A stretch of 64,000 nucleotides of DNA from positions 160,001 to 224,000 of the forward strand of contig CAWBWI010000002.1 of the NCBI GenBank assembly GCA_963792585.1. Direction: 5' to 3'. The position numbers were made by a program, and so were the translations under genes. This document shows, one piece after another, positions 1 to 8,801 of the stretch. The notes under the pieces are model-generated. The model was not told where the DNA came from and did no database searches. It saw only the letters and a list, made by a program, of their open reading frames with translations. Each line of letters starts with the position of its first letter. Positions within the stretch are counted from its first letter, which is position 1. Source of the DNA: Candidatus Eiseniibacteriota bacterium. GTDB taxonomy: Bacteria > Eisenbacteria > RBG-16-71-46 > CAIMUX01 > VGJL01.

Positions 1-234
1 CTTCAGCTTCACCCGTAGCCCAGACTTTGTAGCACAGGCAACCACGAGATGCCGGATTGCCTCGATCGAACGCCCCTGCCTCCCAATCACCATGCCGATC
101 TCGCCGGGTGCGACCCGGATGGCCAGGTGAATGAATCCGTCGTCGGCCGGTTCGGCTGCGACCTTGACGGCCTCTGGCTGGTCGACGAGCATCCGAACCA
201 ATCGGCGTGTGAATTCCCGGATCTCGGTATGCAC
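1..234 (-). CDS. khpA: KH-domain RNA-binding protein (KhpA/UPF0109 family), 3' end runs off the window
   Basis: Not in the ORF track. Manual translation from GTG at 234 (GGAGG RBS upstream): MHTEIREFTRRLVRMLVDQPEAVKV...IRVAPGEIGMVIGRQGRSIEAIRHLV..., with the LVDxPExV and IGxxG KH signatures. Confidence 0.85.
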   Translation of the reverse strand, partial: MHTEIREFTRRLVRMLVDQPEAVKVAAEPADDGFIHLAIRVAPGEIGMVIGRQGRSIEAIRHLVVACATKSGLRVKLK

Positions 235-408
235 GGAGCGCGCCCTCCAGCATGGCCACGAGCAGCCAGCCCCTTCGGTTCGCCGTCGCCGGATCTGAGT
301 CGCTCCTGCGAAGCGCATTCTCTTGGACTATGTGACATGGATAGGCAGCCCTTGGATGCTCTGCTCCACCCATCTCCGTCGAGGAATCCGTCACGGCATC
401 GGAGACGA

Positions 409-437
409 ATTGTCCGTCAATAGCTGATTTCTGTCAA
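409..437 (-). promoter_or_regulatory. Candidate sigma70 promoter for the KH gene
   Basis: Minus strand TTGACA-17 nt-GACAAT, about 175 bp upstream of the KH start. Confidence 0.45.
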
Positions 438-869
438 CGACTCTATGTGGCGGATCCAGGGGCTCCTCTGCTCAGAGTCACGCCACGACTGGCTGCGCCG
501 TCATGGGTGGGATGTTCGACGTTGTCACGGAGACGGTGACGCCTGCCACTTTGACGCCAGCGAGCGCGGGCCTAAATCGCGGGCGGGGTCGTGGCTGGGT
601 GGTCGGCAAGCCAGCACCGCAGACACGCGCGGAACCGCTTGTCCATGCTCGATTCTCTGAGACCGGGGGACGCCGTTCCGGCCCCCCAGCTGAAGACGGT
701 GCCCCCGACGCCCTCGTGAGACGACCTCGCGCTGGCCGAGTTTGCGGCCCGCCGGACGCTGCCTCCAGGTACCGTCGCCTATTCACCGAACTTCTCGGTG
801 CGAACCTCACGTCGGCGCTCCGGTGGGAACTCCGCTCCATAGTACGCGCCGTGCACAACGTGGGACCGT

Positions 870-2054
870 TCAGCGTTCGTTGAGGGTCAGGCAGTGGACA
901 TAACCGCCATTGACCTTGTCGTTGTCGTACACCTCAACTATCGGGTGGGCTTTGTTTAGGAGGTCGTGGCCACACAGGACAGCGACGGGGAGAGGCACGG
1001 CGGGGAATAGATGAATCCGCGTGGCGAGTGGATGATCCCGTTCGAATCGGGAGAACGCTCCCAGGTAGGCGCGTCGAAAGGCCATGAGGTCGGCATATGT
1101 GTTGAGGAGAAGCAGATTCGGGTCGCACCCTTGCGGGGCGAGTTCATAGAGGAAGTACGAATCGTCGATATCCGACGGGAACAGCTCCGGCCGGACCGTG
1201 CCGCTGATGGACAGCAGCAATGCAACCCGGGTGGGATCGGTGCCGACGCGCCGGAGGTTGAGGCAGAAGTCGACCGGCGGTCCCGACTCCTTCCAGGTCC
1301 ACTGTTTGGTGTCGCGGTGGAATTGGAAGAACTGGACGGCGAGCTTGTCGCTGATACGAGAACCCAGGTACATGAGCAAAGAGATGGGACCGAAGGCGAA
1401 GACGGAGATATGACGTGCCGGTTGGCCCAGCAGCCGGCGCGCGTGCAGCGGACGGAGCACGTCGTCCACCTTGCGGATCGCCATGTCGAGGAAGTGGGGG
1501 TCGCGATCGTCGTATTCGGACAGGTCGATCATGAAGCCGTGATGGTCCTCCGGGAAGTATGGGGACGCAGCCGCGAACACGTCCGGAGGTGGGATGTTCA
1601 CGGCCTTGCCGCCGATTTGGGCTCGCAGCTGAACGATCGTCGTCTTGCGATTGGGGCTCGCTGACAGGACGATCTCGACCCTCTTTTCATGCTCGGCTTT
1701 GTGCTGCTCAAGGAGCGCCCGCGGGTAGCGGGTGGGATGGTCGTCGATCTCCTTGTGGCAGGTCGGACAGAGCAACATGAGATTCGGAAGGGCGTTGACG
1801 TCCTTTGGACGCAGGCCGTCGCTCCCTCTGGGTCCGTTTTCCGAGAATGCCACGATGTGGGCCTTTTCTCCGTAATTTCCGATCGTGAGGGTCAGCGGGT
1901 TCTCGAGCAGAGACTTGTTGCAGCCATCGAACTGGCACCGGCCACCGGCACGCACGTACAGCACGAGCTCTACGAGGCGGTCGATCGCCCGGATCTGCTT
2001 CACCGGAGAAGGCACAGTTGATTTGAGTTTCTTGGGATCAGAACGTGTGGTCAT
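870..2054 (-). CDS. cap5: CBASS effector, HNH endonuclease-SAVED fusion (Cap5-like)
   Basis: N-terminal Zn/HNH motifs CQFDGC, KAHIVAFS and NLMLLCPTCHKEID. C-terminal SAVED motifs ISVFAFGPISLLMYLG, FQFHR..WTW, LSISG and IHLFPAVP. Start at ATG 2054 (GAGGA RBS) is preferred over 2066. Confidence 0.9.
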   Translation of the reverse strand: MTTRSDPKKLKSTVPSPVKQIRAIDRLVELVLYVRAGGRCQFDGCNKSLLENPLTLTIGNYGEKAHIVAFSENGPRGSDGLRPKDVNALPNLMLLCPTCHKEIDDHPTRYPRALLEQHKAEHEKRVEIVLSASPNRKTTIVQLRAQIGGKAVNIPPPDVFAAASPYFPEDHHGFMIDLSEYDDRDPHFLDMAIRKVDDVLRPLHARRLLGQPARHISVFAFGPISLLMYLGSRISDKLAVQFFQFHRDTKQWTWKESGPPVDFCLNLRRVGTDPTRVALLLSISGTVRPELFPSDIDDSYFLYELAPQGCDPNLLLLNTYADLMAFRRAYLGAFSRFERDHPLATRIHLFPAVPLPVAVLCGHDLLNKAHPIVEVYDNDKVNGGYVHCLTLNER

Positions 2055-2475
2055 GGGGATCCTCATTGGTGGTTGTGGGTTCAGGGTGCACGCCGCCGCC
2101 GAGCCATTCGCCAGTGGCGTGCCAGAGTTCGTAGTAATAGAGCCAGGTCACGGTCCAGGGCACCGTGGTGTGGGCGATCGGATCTTGGCGGGACCATTCG
2201 CCCCAGAAGTAAAGGCAGAGGGAGCCGTCCCGGAACCGGTGCGGAATGTGCTTCTCGTTTCGTTCTTGCAGTGGCGGGTCAAGCACAAAGACCTTGGGGG
2301 AGGAGTTGAGATCGAGACGGATCTCAACGGCGTAGACCGCTCCCAACGGCGTTGCCTGAAGGCGGCCGCGCCAGACGAACCTGCTTCCCCGGCGGATCAG
2401 CCGAAACTGCGGGTGCACCCACAGAAGCGCGGCCGACTGCTGGGAGGCATTCAGCGTTCTACTGCGTGGGTGCAT
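2038..2475 (-). CDS. Stand-alone prokaryotic E2/UBC-fold protein of type II-short CBASS
   Basis: 145 aa with WRGRLQ, PKVFVLDP, IPH..GSLCLY (putative catalytic Cys) and VPW..WLYYYELW..TGEWLGGG. Lies between the CD-NTase and the effector, overlapping both. Confidence 0.85.
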   Translation of the reverse strand: MHPRSRTLNASQQSAALLWVHPQFRLIRRGSRFVWRGRLQATPLGAVYAVEIRLDLNSSPKVFVLDPPLQERNEKHIPHRFRDGSLCLYFWGEWSRQDPIAHTTVPWTVTWLYYYELWHATGEWLGGGVHPEPTTTNEDPHDHTF

Positions 2476-3616
2476 CGCCGAAGAATGTGTTTCGCGGAAC
2501 CGGCGCGCTGCGGATGGCCGCCGTAGTCAGCAGACCCGAGCCGAGGGTTGAGCGAAGGATTCCCTGTTCCCGGGCCGCCGTGATCCGTTCGGACTGGTGG
2601 CGGAAGGCCCGCTTCGTCTCCTCCCCGAAGAGTTCATCGAGGATGCCGGCAAGCGTCGGGATCGGGGCCTTTAGGGCTTCGGCCCATCGTGCCTGCAAGC
2701 GCCCAAGCTGGGCGACGAAGCCGTGGTAGGAGGCGGGATCGTCGCGCCATTTCTCGCTCAGGAGTTCCCCCTCGTTGGCCGGGTTGTAAACCGGGAGGGG
2801 CTCGATGCGTCCCGCGGTCATCCCCAGCATCCGATCGATCACGGCGGTCAGCGATTGGCTGGTCGATGGCTCACCCGCGTAGGCGTGGGCGGCCAGCGTC
2901 GTGAGAACAATCGACCGCGGAGCGCGCTCGACGTCGTCGTGATAGACCAAGTCACGCCACCGCTTGAGGAGCTGGACCGTCCGCTGGAGGGACGACTTCT
3001 CGGAAGCCGGTTGCTGTCCCGGGACCGGTTCGGCCTTACGGGCCAGGGTGACTATGGCGAGCGATCCGCGCGCTTCGAACCAGGCCGCGTAACCCTTTGG
3101 ATTGCTTGGCATCCAGCACTGGAGTTTACGGTCCGGTACGCGGATTCTGGTCCCGTTCTGAGGCGTCTCCGGGCGGGCCGGCAAGACATCGAGGTGGAAC
3201 TGCGAGGCGTAGACCAGACGGACGCAGCGCCTGAGGCGCTTCAGCATGGGTCGATAGGTTTCGTGCGCGGCGAGACGATGTTCGATGGCGTCAAGAACCT
3301 GAAGCGGGTCGTGTTCCTGCGGTCCGAGAGCTAATTCGCACACGAGATCAAGATCAAATTCCTCGCGGCCGATCGGCCGTACCGTCGTCCCGATTCGGAA
3401 TGAACCCTGCGGGTAGAGAGCCGGCCGAAACTGGCGGAGAGGGCTGCCCTCCGATTCGAGCCAGTCGCAGACTGCGTGATATCGCCGTTCGGCGGTATCG
3501 TGCCAGGAGGGGGGCAGCTGCAGCTCCTCGCAGATTAGGGCGAGAAGATCATCGAGCTGGGCCTCGCGGGAGTCGAACAGCCCGGGCTCCGGTGGGTGTT
3601 GAATGAGATTGGTCAT
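2459..3616 (-). CDS. CBASS cGAS/DncV-like nucleotidyltransferase (CD-NTase, SMODS family)
   Basis: QGSFRIGTTVRP..EFDLD (GS plus DxD), FHLDVLPA, SNPKGYAAWF, VQLLKRWRD, and C-terminal NTFFG-DAPTQ. AAAGGA RBS. Confidence 0.95.
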   Translation of the reverse strand: MTNLIQHPPEPGLFDSREAQLDDLLALICEELQLPPSWHDTAERRYHAVCDWLESEGSPLRQFRPALYPQGSFRIGTTVRPIGREEFDLDLVCELALGPQEHDPLQVLDAIEHRLAAHETYRPMLKRLRRCVRLVYASQFHLDVLPARPETPQNGTRIRVPDRKLQCWMPSNPKGYAAWFEARGSLAIVTLARKAEPVPGQQPASEKSSLQRTVQLLKRWRDLVYHDDVERAPRSIVLTTLAAHAYAGEPSTSQSLTAVIDRMLGMTAGRIEPLPVYNPANEGELLSEKWRDDPASYHGFVAQLGRLQARWAEALKAPIPTLAGILDELFGEETKRAFRHQSERITAAREQGILRSTLGSGLLTTAAIRSAPVPRNTFFGDAPTQ

Positions 3617-3637
3617 GGTGTCCTTTCGTGTTCATGG

Positions 3638-3670
3638 ATATAAGCTACTTTGAGCGAACGGACAGGGCAA
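3638..3670 (-). promoter_or_regulatory. Candidate CBASS promoter with operator-like site
   Basis: TTGCCC-17 nt-TAGCTT. The overlapping 24-mer ccGTTCGCTcaaagtAGCTtAtAT matches the palindrome at 4786-4809 at 15/24 positions. Confidence 0.55.
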
Positions 3671-3688
3671 AAAAGATGTCGGTTGGGC

Positions 3689-4420
3689 TTACATGTCGAA
3701 CTCACTCTGCCCGATCTCCTTGGGAAGAGTTCCGAGTTCCTGGAGTCGGTAGACGACGACTTGCATGCTCACATCGAACTGCGCCATCACCTCCCGGATC
3801 ACGGAATCAGCCTGGGCGGCCCGCAGCGCCTCCCGAACCGACCCAAGTCCCCGGGCTTCCAGGAGCGACCGGAGGTATTCGACCGTTTCGCGCCGAGGCA
3901 GCAGCAGCGATGCCATTCCGCGATTCGCTTGATACTCCCACCATTGGCCGTCATAGCCGGACTCTCCGCCCCCGTAGACTCCAACCGATTCCTGTCGGCA
4001 GAGAACCTTGGGTAACGGTCGAACGGGGTCACCGAACAGCGATGGCGTCGCCAGGTCGACGAGATGGAGATGTCCGTGCATGACGATGTGAGCGCATTCG
4101 TGAGCGAGGGTGGTGCGCAGGCGCCGCCGGGCCACCAGGTCGGTTTCGGCATTGTCTGACAGCTCCCGACTCACAAAGGCCTCATATCGTCCATCCGGAT
4201 GAAAGTGGGTCATGCCCAGGACGCCCTCGGGCAGCTCGCCGTAGTCCGGAACCACTCCGTAGACGCGCTCGAGGATTCCTTCGACATCGACGCCGGTTCC
4301 CCCGACCAGGGGGACCGAACCGGACCGCTGCCGCGCTTCGTCCATCATGGCGTCGAACTCGTCATTCTCAAACCACAGGCGTTGGCCCCAAGGGCTGGCT
4401 GGATCGGGTCGTGTCCTCAT
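3689..4420 (-). CDS. ImmA/IrrE-family Zn metallopeptidase (CapP-like)
   Basis: RRLRTTLAHECAH (HExxH), VLCR and WEYQANRGMASLLLP, plus a C-terminal helical segment FDVSMQVVVYRL. ATGA overlap with the HTH gene. Confidence 0.9.
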   Translation of the reverse strand: MRTRPDPASPWGQRLWFENDEFDAMMDEARQRSGSVPLVGGTGVDVEGILERVYGVVPDYGELPEGVLGMTHFHPDGRYEAFVSRELSDNAETDLVARRRLRTTLAHECAHIVMHGHLHLVDLATPSLFGDPVRPLPKVLCRQESVGVYGGGESGYDGQWWEYQANRGMASLLLPRRETVEYLRSLLEARGLGSVREALRAAQADSVIREVMAQFDVSMQVVVYRLQELGTLPKEIGQSEFDM

Positions 4421-4779
4421 GAATTTCGCTTCTTTCGTTTCTGTTCCTCCTCCTCGAGTTGCTTGACGATCTCACGGGGGTCCTTGCCGACGTCACGAAC
4501 CTTCCGCAACATGTCCCGAACTCCCGGAGTGGCGTTGGCCCACGCCCGGACATCCGGATCGAGCCGGGTATCCATTCGGACTAGCTCCTCGAAGGTGGCT
4601 CCAACAGAGTGAAGCTCGTTGGTGATCTTTCGGAGTTGTGGATCTGGGGGCCGCCGCCGGTCGTGCTCGATGTCCGACAGGTAGGCGGCGGAAATGCCCA
4701 GCATCTCGGCGAACTTCCGCAGGGTGAATCCTGCCTCCGTCCGCAGTCGCCGGATTTCTTGTCCGAGAGTTCTGTCCAT
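4417..4779 (-). CDS. XRE-family HTH transcriptional regulator (CapH-like)
   Basis: LGQEIRRLRTEAGFTLRKFAEMLGISAAYLSDIEHDRRRP is a typical XRE HTH. Confidence 0.92.
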   Translation of the reverse strand: MDRTLGQEIRRLRTEAGFTLRKFAEMLGISAAYLSDIEHDRRRPPDPQLRKITNELHSVGATFEELVRMDTRLDPDVRAWANATPGVRDMLRKVRDVGKDPREIVKQLEEEEQKRKKRNS

Positions 4780-4785
4780 ACCCTG

Positions 4786-4814
4786 ATGTTAGCTGATAGC
4801 AGCGAACATGTCAA
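4786..4814 (-). promoter_or_regulatory. Promoter for a probably leaderless HTH mRNA, with overlapping palindromic operator
   Basis: TTGACA-17 nt-TAACAT-6 nt-ATG with no RBS. The 24-bp imperfect palindrome ATGTTAGCTGATAGCAGCGAACAT is 20/24 self-complementary. Confidence 0.75.
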
Positions 4815-5005
4815 GCACCCCAGGTGTGGAAAACCACCGGCGACCGAGGCACTGGAAGCTCCTGTTCCGGTTTGTCCCGTCCGCCATCCTCTGCTCCTCA
4901 GCCCAGGGTGGCACCGATCGCCCAGCACGGAACAACGACGTGATCTTCGTTCGAACCCGTCCGTCCAGGACAGCGTAACACCTCGGGTATCCGGGCGTGG
5001 TTCCC

Positions 5006-6196
5006 CTACGTTCTCTTTCGCGGTCGCGGGTCCGCGCGCTCAAATGCCCGCACCAGCTCCTCTACGAGTGGCCGCTTGATCGACTTGTCCGGTCGGCCGT
5101 GGACGAGCTCTTCCCGCTGCCCGGAGCGATTCCGGGCCGCACCCCCGAAGCAGATGAGATCCACCTTGCATTGCACGAGCGGCTCGACCTCGGGAAGCGC
5201 GATCGAACCGGCGATCCAGAGTTCGATTCCCTTCTTGTGGGCGAGCGCGGCGAGCCGTTTCGTTTCAGCGGTGTCATAGAAGTCCACGTAGCGCCGGCCG
5301 GTGAACTTCTCGAACGTGTCGAGGAGGACTCCCTGCCATCCACCGTCCGCCGCGAGGGAGATACCTTTCTCTGCGATCTCGAAGGGTTGCTCGCCATGCG
5401 AGTCGATGCCGATCTCCGGGAAGAACACAGCCACGAGCGGAAACCGAGTCGTCTTGTTCAGCGGGGTTACGACGGCCCCTGCCTCGACAGCCCGGTCGAT
5501 TTCCACGCGAACAAGTTTCATCTGCCGCAGAACTTCGTCGCTCCGAAGATCCCGTTTGTACTCGTCGAGGTGGGCGAATCCGACTTTGACGATGTCCGCC
5601 CCGGCGCCGACGGCAGCCAGGATCTTCGTGGCTGTTAGAGCGGCCGTCGACCGCGAGTCAATCCTGCCGGTCTTTGGATTACGGACGATCTGTGTTGTCT
5701 CCGATACGTTGGTCGAGATGTAGACATGCTCGCCGATCTTGCGACGAATATCCAGAAGCTCTGTCACCGTGGCCGGTCCCAGCGCCTGCTCCATGTGCTC
5801 GGCATCGACCACGACTCGGTCGTGACGCACAAGCCCCGGGATTTCCTGCCCCTCATGCCCACTAATGAGGCAGAGCGAATTCACGGGACGGGGGTGGGAG
5901 GCGCTGGTCCACGCGCTCAGTCGATACCCGTGCCGGTGATGCGACGCCTGCTTGAACTTGGCAAGCGCTTCTTGCCGCATGGAGAGGATCTTCCGGGCAA
6001 CCGGGCTTACCTGGGAAAGTGCGTCTCGAAGACTGGTCCAGGACCCCTGGTCCTGCGCTAAACGCTGAATCTCGACGATGATGTCCCCTCCAGCACCGAT
6101 CGCCTTCCAGCATGCCTTGCGACTGTCCTGGTGATCACCGATCGCACGGAGCTTCTGCAGGTCATCGTCAGACCGGGTGACTAGATACTCGGGCAT
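5006..6196 (-). CDS. Divergent MfnB/4-HFC-P synthase (DUF556) family TIM-barrel protein with ~105-aa N-terminal extension
   Basis: GADIVKVG, GVLLDTFEK, IAGSI, GGAAR and I..LVEEL align with MfnB motifs (GADYIKVG, MLDTAIK, LAGSI, RGAAC). Has its own RBS and ATG at 6196; forms the C-terminal half of the 702-aa track ORF. Confidence 0.7.
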   Translation of the reverse strand: MPEYLVTRSDDDLQKLRAIGDHQDSRKACWKAIGAGGDIIVEIQRLAQDQGSWTSLRDALSQVSPVARKILSMRQEALAKFKQASHHRHGYRLSAWTSASHPRPVNSLCLISGHEGQEIPGLVRHDRVVVDAEHMEQALGPATVTELLDIRRKIGEHVYISTNVSETTQIVRNPKTGRIDSRSTAALTATKILAAVGAGADIVKVGFAHLDEYKRDLRSDEVLRQMKLVRVEIDRAVEAGAVVTPLNKTTRFPLVAVFFPEIGIDSHGEQPFEIAEKGISLAADGGWQGVLLDTFEKFTGRRYVDFYDTAETKRLAALAHKKGIELWIAGSIALPEVEPLVQCKVDLICFGGAARNRSGQREELVHGRPDKSIKRPLVEELVRAFERADPRPRKRT

Positions 6197-6206
6197 GTCC
6201 TCTCCC

Positions 6207-7093
6207 TCAAACCGAAAATGTTTGGAGGTCTTCGAGTACGGCGACTGAGGTGCTCCACTGTGCGATCCGCCGCTGGAACATGTAGTAGCGGGGCGGGTCC
6301 GCCATGGCAGAAGCCTCGCCGCCGCCAGCGACGTGTCCGGCCGAGCTTCCAGAAGTTGGGCGGCAATCTCGGTCGGCACGGCGATCGGAGTGGTGGCCCA
6401 GGTCGCCGCCTCCCGGGAGCACAGGCCGGCCCGTACGATGGCACATAGCTGATCCGGATGGCCGTAGTCACGGCGGCCACGGAGGATTGTCGGCATAAAG
6501 AAGTCGCCCAGGTGAGAGCACAGGGTGACGTACGCATGGAGCACCGAGGTGGCCACAACTGCCGTCGGACGAATGTCTCGGAGAGTGCACCAGTGTTCCC
6601 AGGCCTTCCCGCCGTCCGCTGTGTCCGTCGTAGGCCGGTCGAATGACTGCCTCGGGCAGCCGTTGAATCGCTCCGGAGGGTCGTAGACGTCCTTGGCCGA
6701 GATCCTGCCAGTCGAATTCCCCTCGATGAAGCCGAGAAGCACCGAGTCGCGCAGGAGGCTCCGGCCGACAGGAGAGTCGACGGCATGGGTTACGATTCGA
6801 CCGGTCAACTCGGCGGACACGCTGGCGAAGTACAAGTCACTCGCCTGGTCGTGAGAAACCTCCAAGTAGAGGAACTGCCCGTCCGGTGATCGCCGAACCC
6901 CGGAGGCGGCAACCTGGTGGCAGCTTCCATGCCAGGCGCCGAAGTCATAGTCACCATCATCCCCGGGACCAAGGTCGTCCCCTTGGATCAGGACCCGGTC
7001 GAGCCAGAGTCGGCGGAGCGCCTCCACATTCGCCGGGGCATCGGTGAGGTACCCGGCAGCGGTCACCTCGAAATCAAGATCGCCTCGCTTCAT
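6207..7093 (-). CDS. Hypothetical protein (~295 aa) with probable single-base frameshift near 6303
   Basis: RBS plus ATG at 7093. Restoring one G at LPW|ADPPRYYMFQRR gives a stop at 6207, 10 bp before the next ATG. No family recognised. Confidence 0.6.
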
Positions 7094-7153
7094 GCTTCCC
7101 TCTTTGGTGTCCACTCAGCGCAGGGCATGAGCAGTAGTGTGAATGGCATTGAC

Positions 7154-8801
7154 CTATGGATGTCGAGCGTGGCGACGGGATCTTGCGGCGTCGCGCTGCC
7201 TACGGATCCGTTCGCGCCTCAGCCAGAGGTCTGTCACCGGAATGAAGGAAATGCTTACGAGGTACCCCATCCGTCGCAAGTTGCGCGTGGCGTTCTTGAG
7301 GTTCACCTTGCTGAAGAACGGCAGGTCGGGTTGTCGGCTCGATTTGCTGACGATCGCGTAGACGATCTCGTACTCGTCCCGACCCGGCGGATCGACCGGT
7401 GTTGAAATCCGCAGGGCCTCAGGAAGTCTCTCGTTTACCGCGCTACGAAACGCCGCGCTCTCGTAGAACAGCTCACTCGCCACCAGTCCTTGGGCGAATA
7501 GGTGACTGAGAACGCTCGATCCAGCATACCGTTTGATGTGGATCAGCTCTTTGTCCCGAGTGTAGATATCACAGGATTCGATCCGGCTGCGGCCTCCTCC
7601 GAACACAATGGTGTCGGAGTCAAGGATCGCACACCGGTCACGGTCGGCGGCGCAAACGCGTCCAATGTAATCCTGCTCTGAATCGTCCTCGTAGGGCGGG
7701 AAAGCCAGGTCCTTTCTTGGGATTGCTGCAATCGCCTGGTTCACCTCCTGCACGAAATTCCTGTCGACGCAGTACCAATGTCCGTCCGTGAGAAGGTAGG
7801 TGCTGTCATTCTCAACAACCTCGAAGTAGACGCATCGGTAGATCGGCCATGAGAGGATCGGTACGTCGTCCGAGGCGCGGATCGCGTGGGCTTGTCTGGA
7901 CCGGAGCGTCTCCACGGTAATCGCGCTTGATGCGGGAAGAGCGGACTTGAACGAGTGGACGCTCACGTCCGGGAAGATCTCGGCAGATTGGCTCTTCGAG
8001 TAGGCGACGCCACGTAGGTCCGTCCACTCGACGATGTCAGGCACCGCTAGCCACAGGCGATCGTGATCGTCGGACCGCATCGCCTCTACCAGCTGTCCGT
8101 CGAGGCGCTGAGCCAATTCGCGATCATTCACCTCGGCAATCTGGTCGATCCACGGGTAATCGGCGCGATACCGCTGGTCCTCATACTTGTCGAGATAGCG
8201 CTCAAGGAGCGGATGGAGGCCACCAAGATCTACATGGACGGAAACCGCCACCGCATCGCGGCCCGCCATGCGATTACCGAGAGTACGATCCTCGGGAACG
8301 CCCGTTACGGCACGGAGCAAATCGCGGTCCAGGTCCAATCCGAAGTCGGCGACACTCGCGTCGCGGCTGGTCTGCTCTCTGCTTTGGCGCGACAATGCGT
8401 CAAAGGTCGTCTTGTCAATCGACCGAATGGTGCTGCCCTTCGCGATCGAGTTGAGAGTCACGCGCAATCCGAAACGCTGTTCCCATGAGTCCTGTTTGAG
8501 AAGATTGCGACCGTGCCCGAAGGTAACAGCAAGCAGTCGATCTCTGACGGGGACGAGGTAGAATTCCGGCCGTGCTGGCGTTGAACACGCCCTGAACTGT
8601 GATCTGGCCCTGGAAGAGAGATAGCCAGCTTGGCGTCCGTTGTTCGGTGCGCCTGTACCAAAGCGCTGCCTCGGGTCCCTGAGGGGAAAGGCTCAGGTCA
8701 CACCGAACCAACGGAGCCGTCGACGCCAGGGCATCCTCAGCGGACCGGAAGCGATCCTTGATGAGATAGACAGTCAAGTGGCGGCTTGGTCGACGCGGCA
8801 T
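7154..8801 (-). CDS. TIGR04141/DUF6119 sporadically distributed protein, frameshift near 8563
   Basis: LTVYLIK, AVTFGHG, RFGLRVTLN, IESCDIY..LIHIKR..SSVLSHLFAQG and LPFFSKVNL. One extra base splits it into two track ORFs. Confidence 0.8.

Noticed and set aside
440..870. ORFs 478-858 and 503-883, or a structured ncRNA downstream of CBASS
   Set aside because: Low-complexity translations, and no recognisable motif or repeat.
5006..6196. Bona fide mfnB for methanofuran synthesis
   Set aside because: The Schiff-base Lys motif is altered and no pathway genes are nearby, so the gene symbol was withheld.
5006..7114. Single 702-aa protein
   Set aside because: An internal RBS and ATG at 6196 plus a better alternative-frame ending at 6207 favour two genes.
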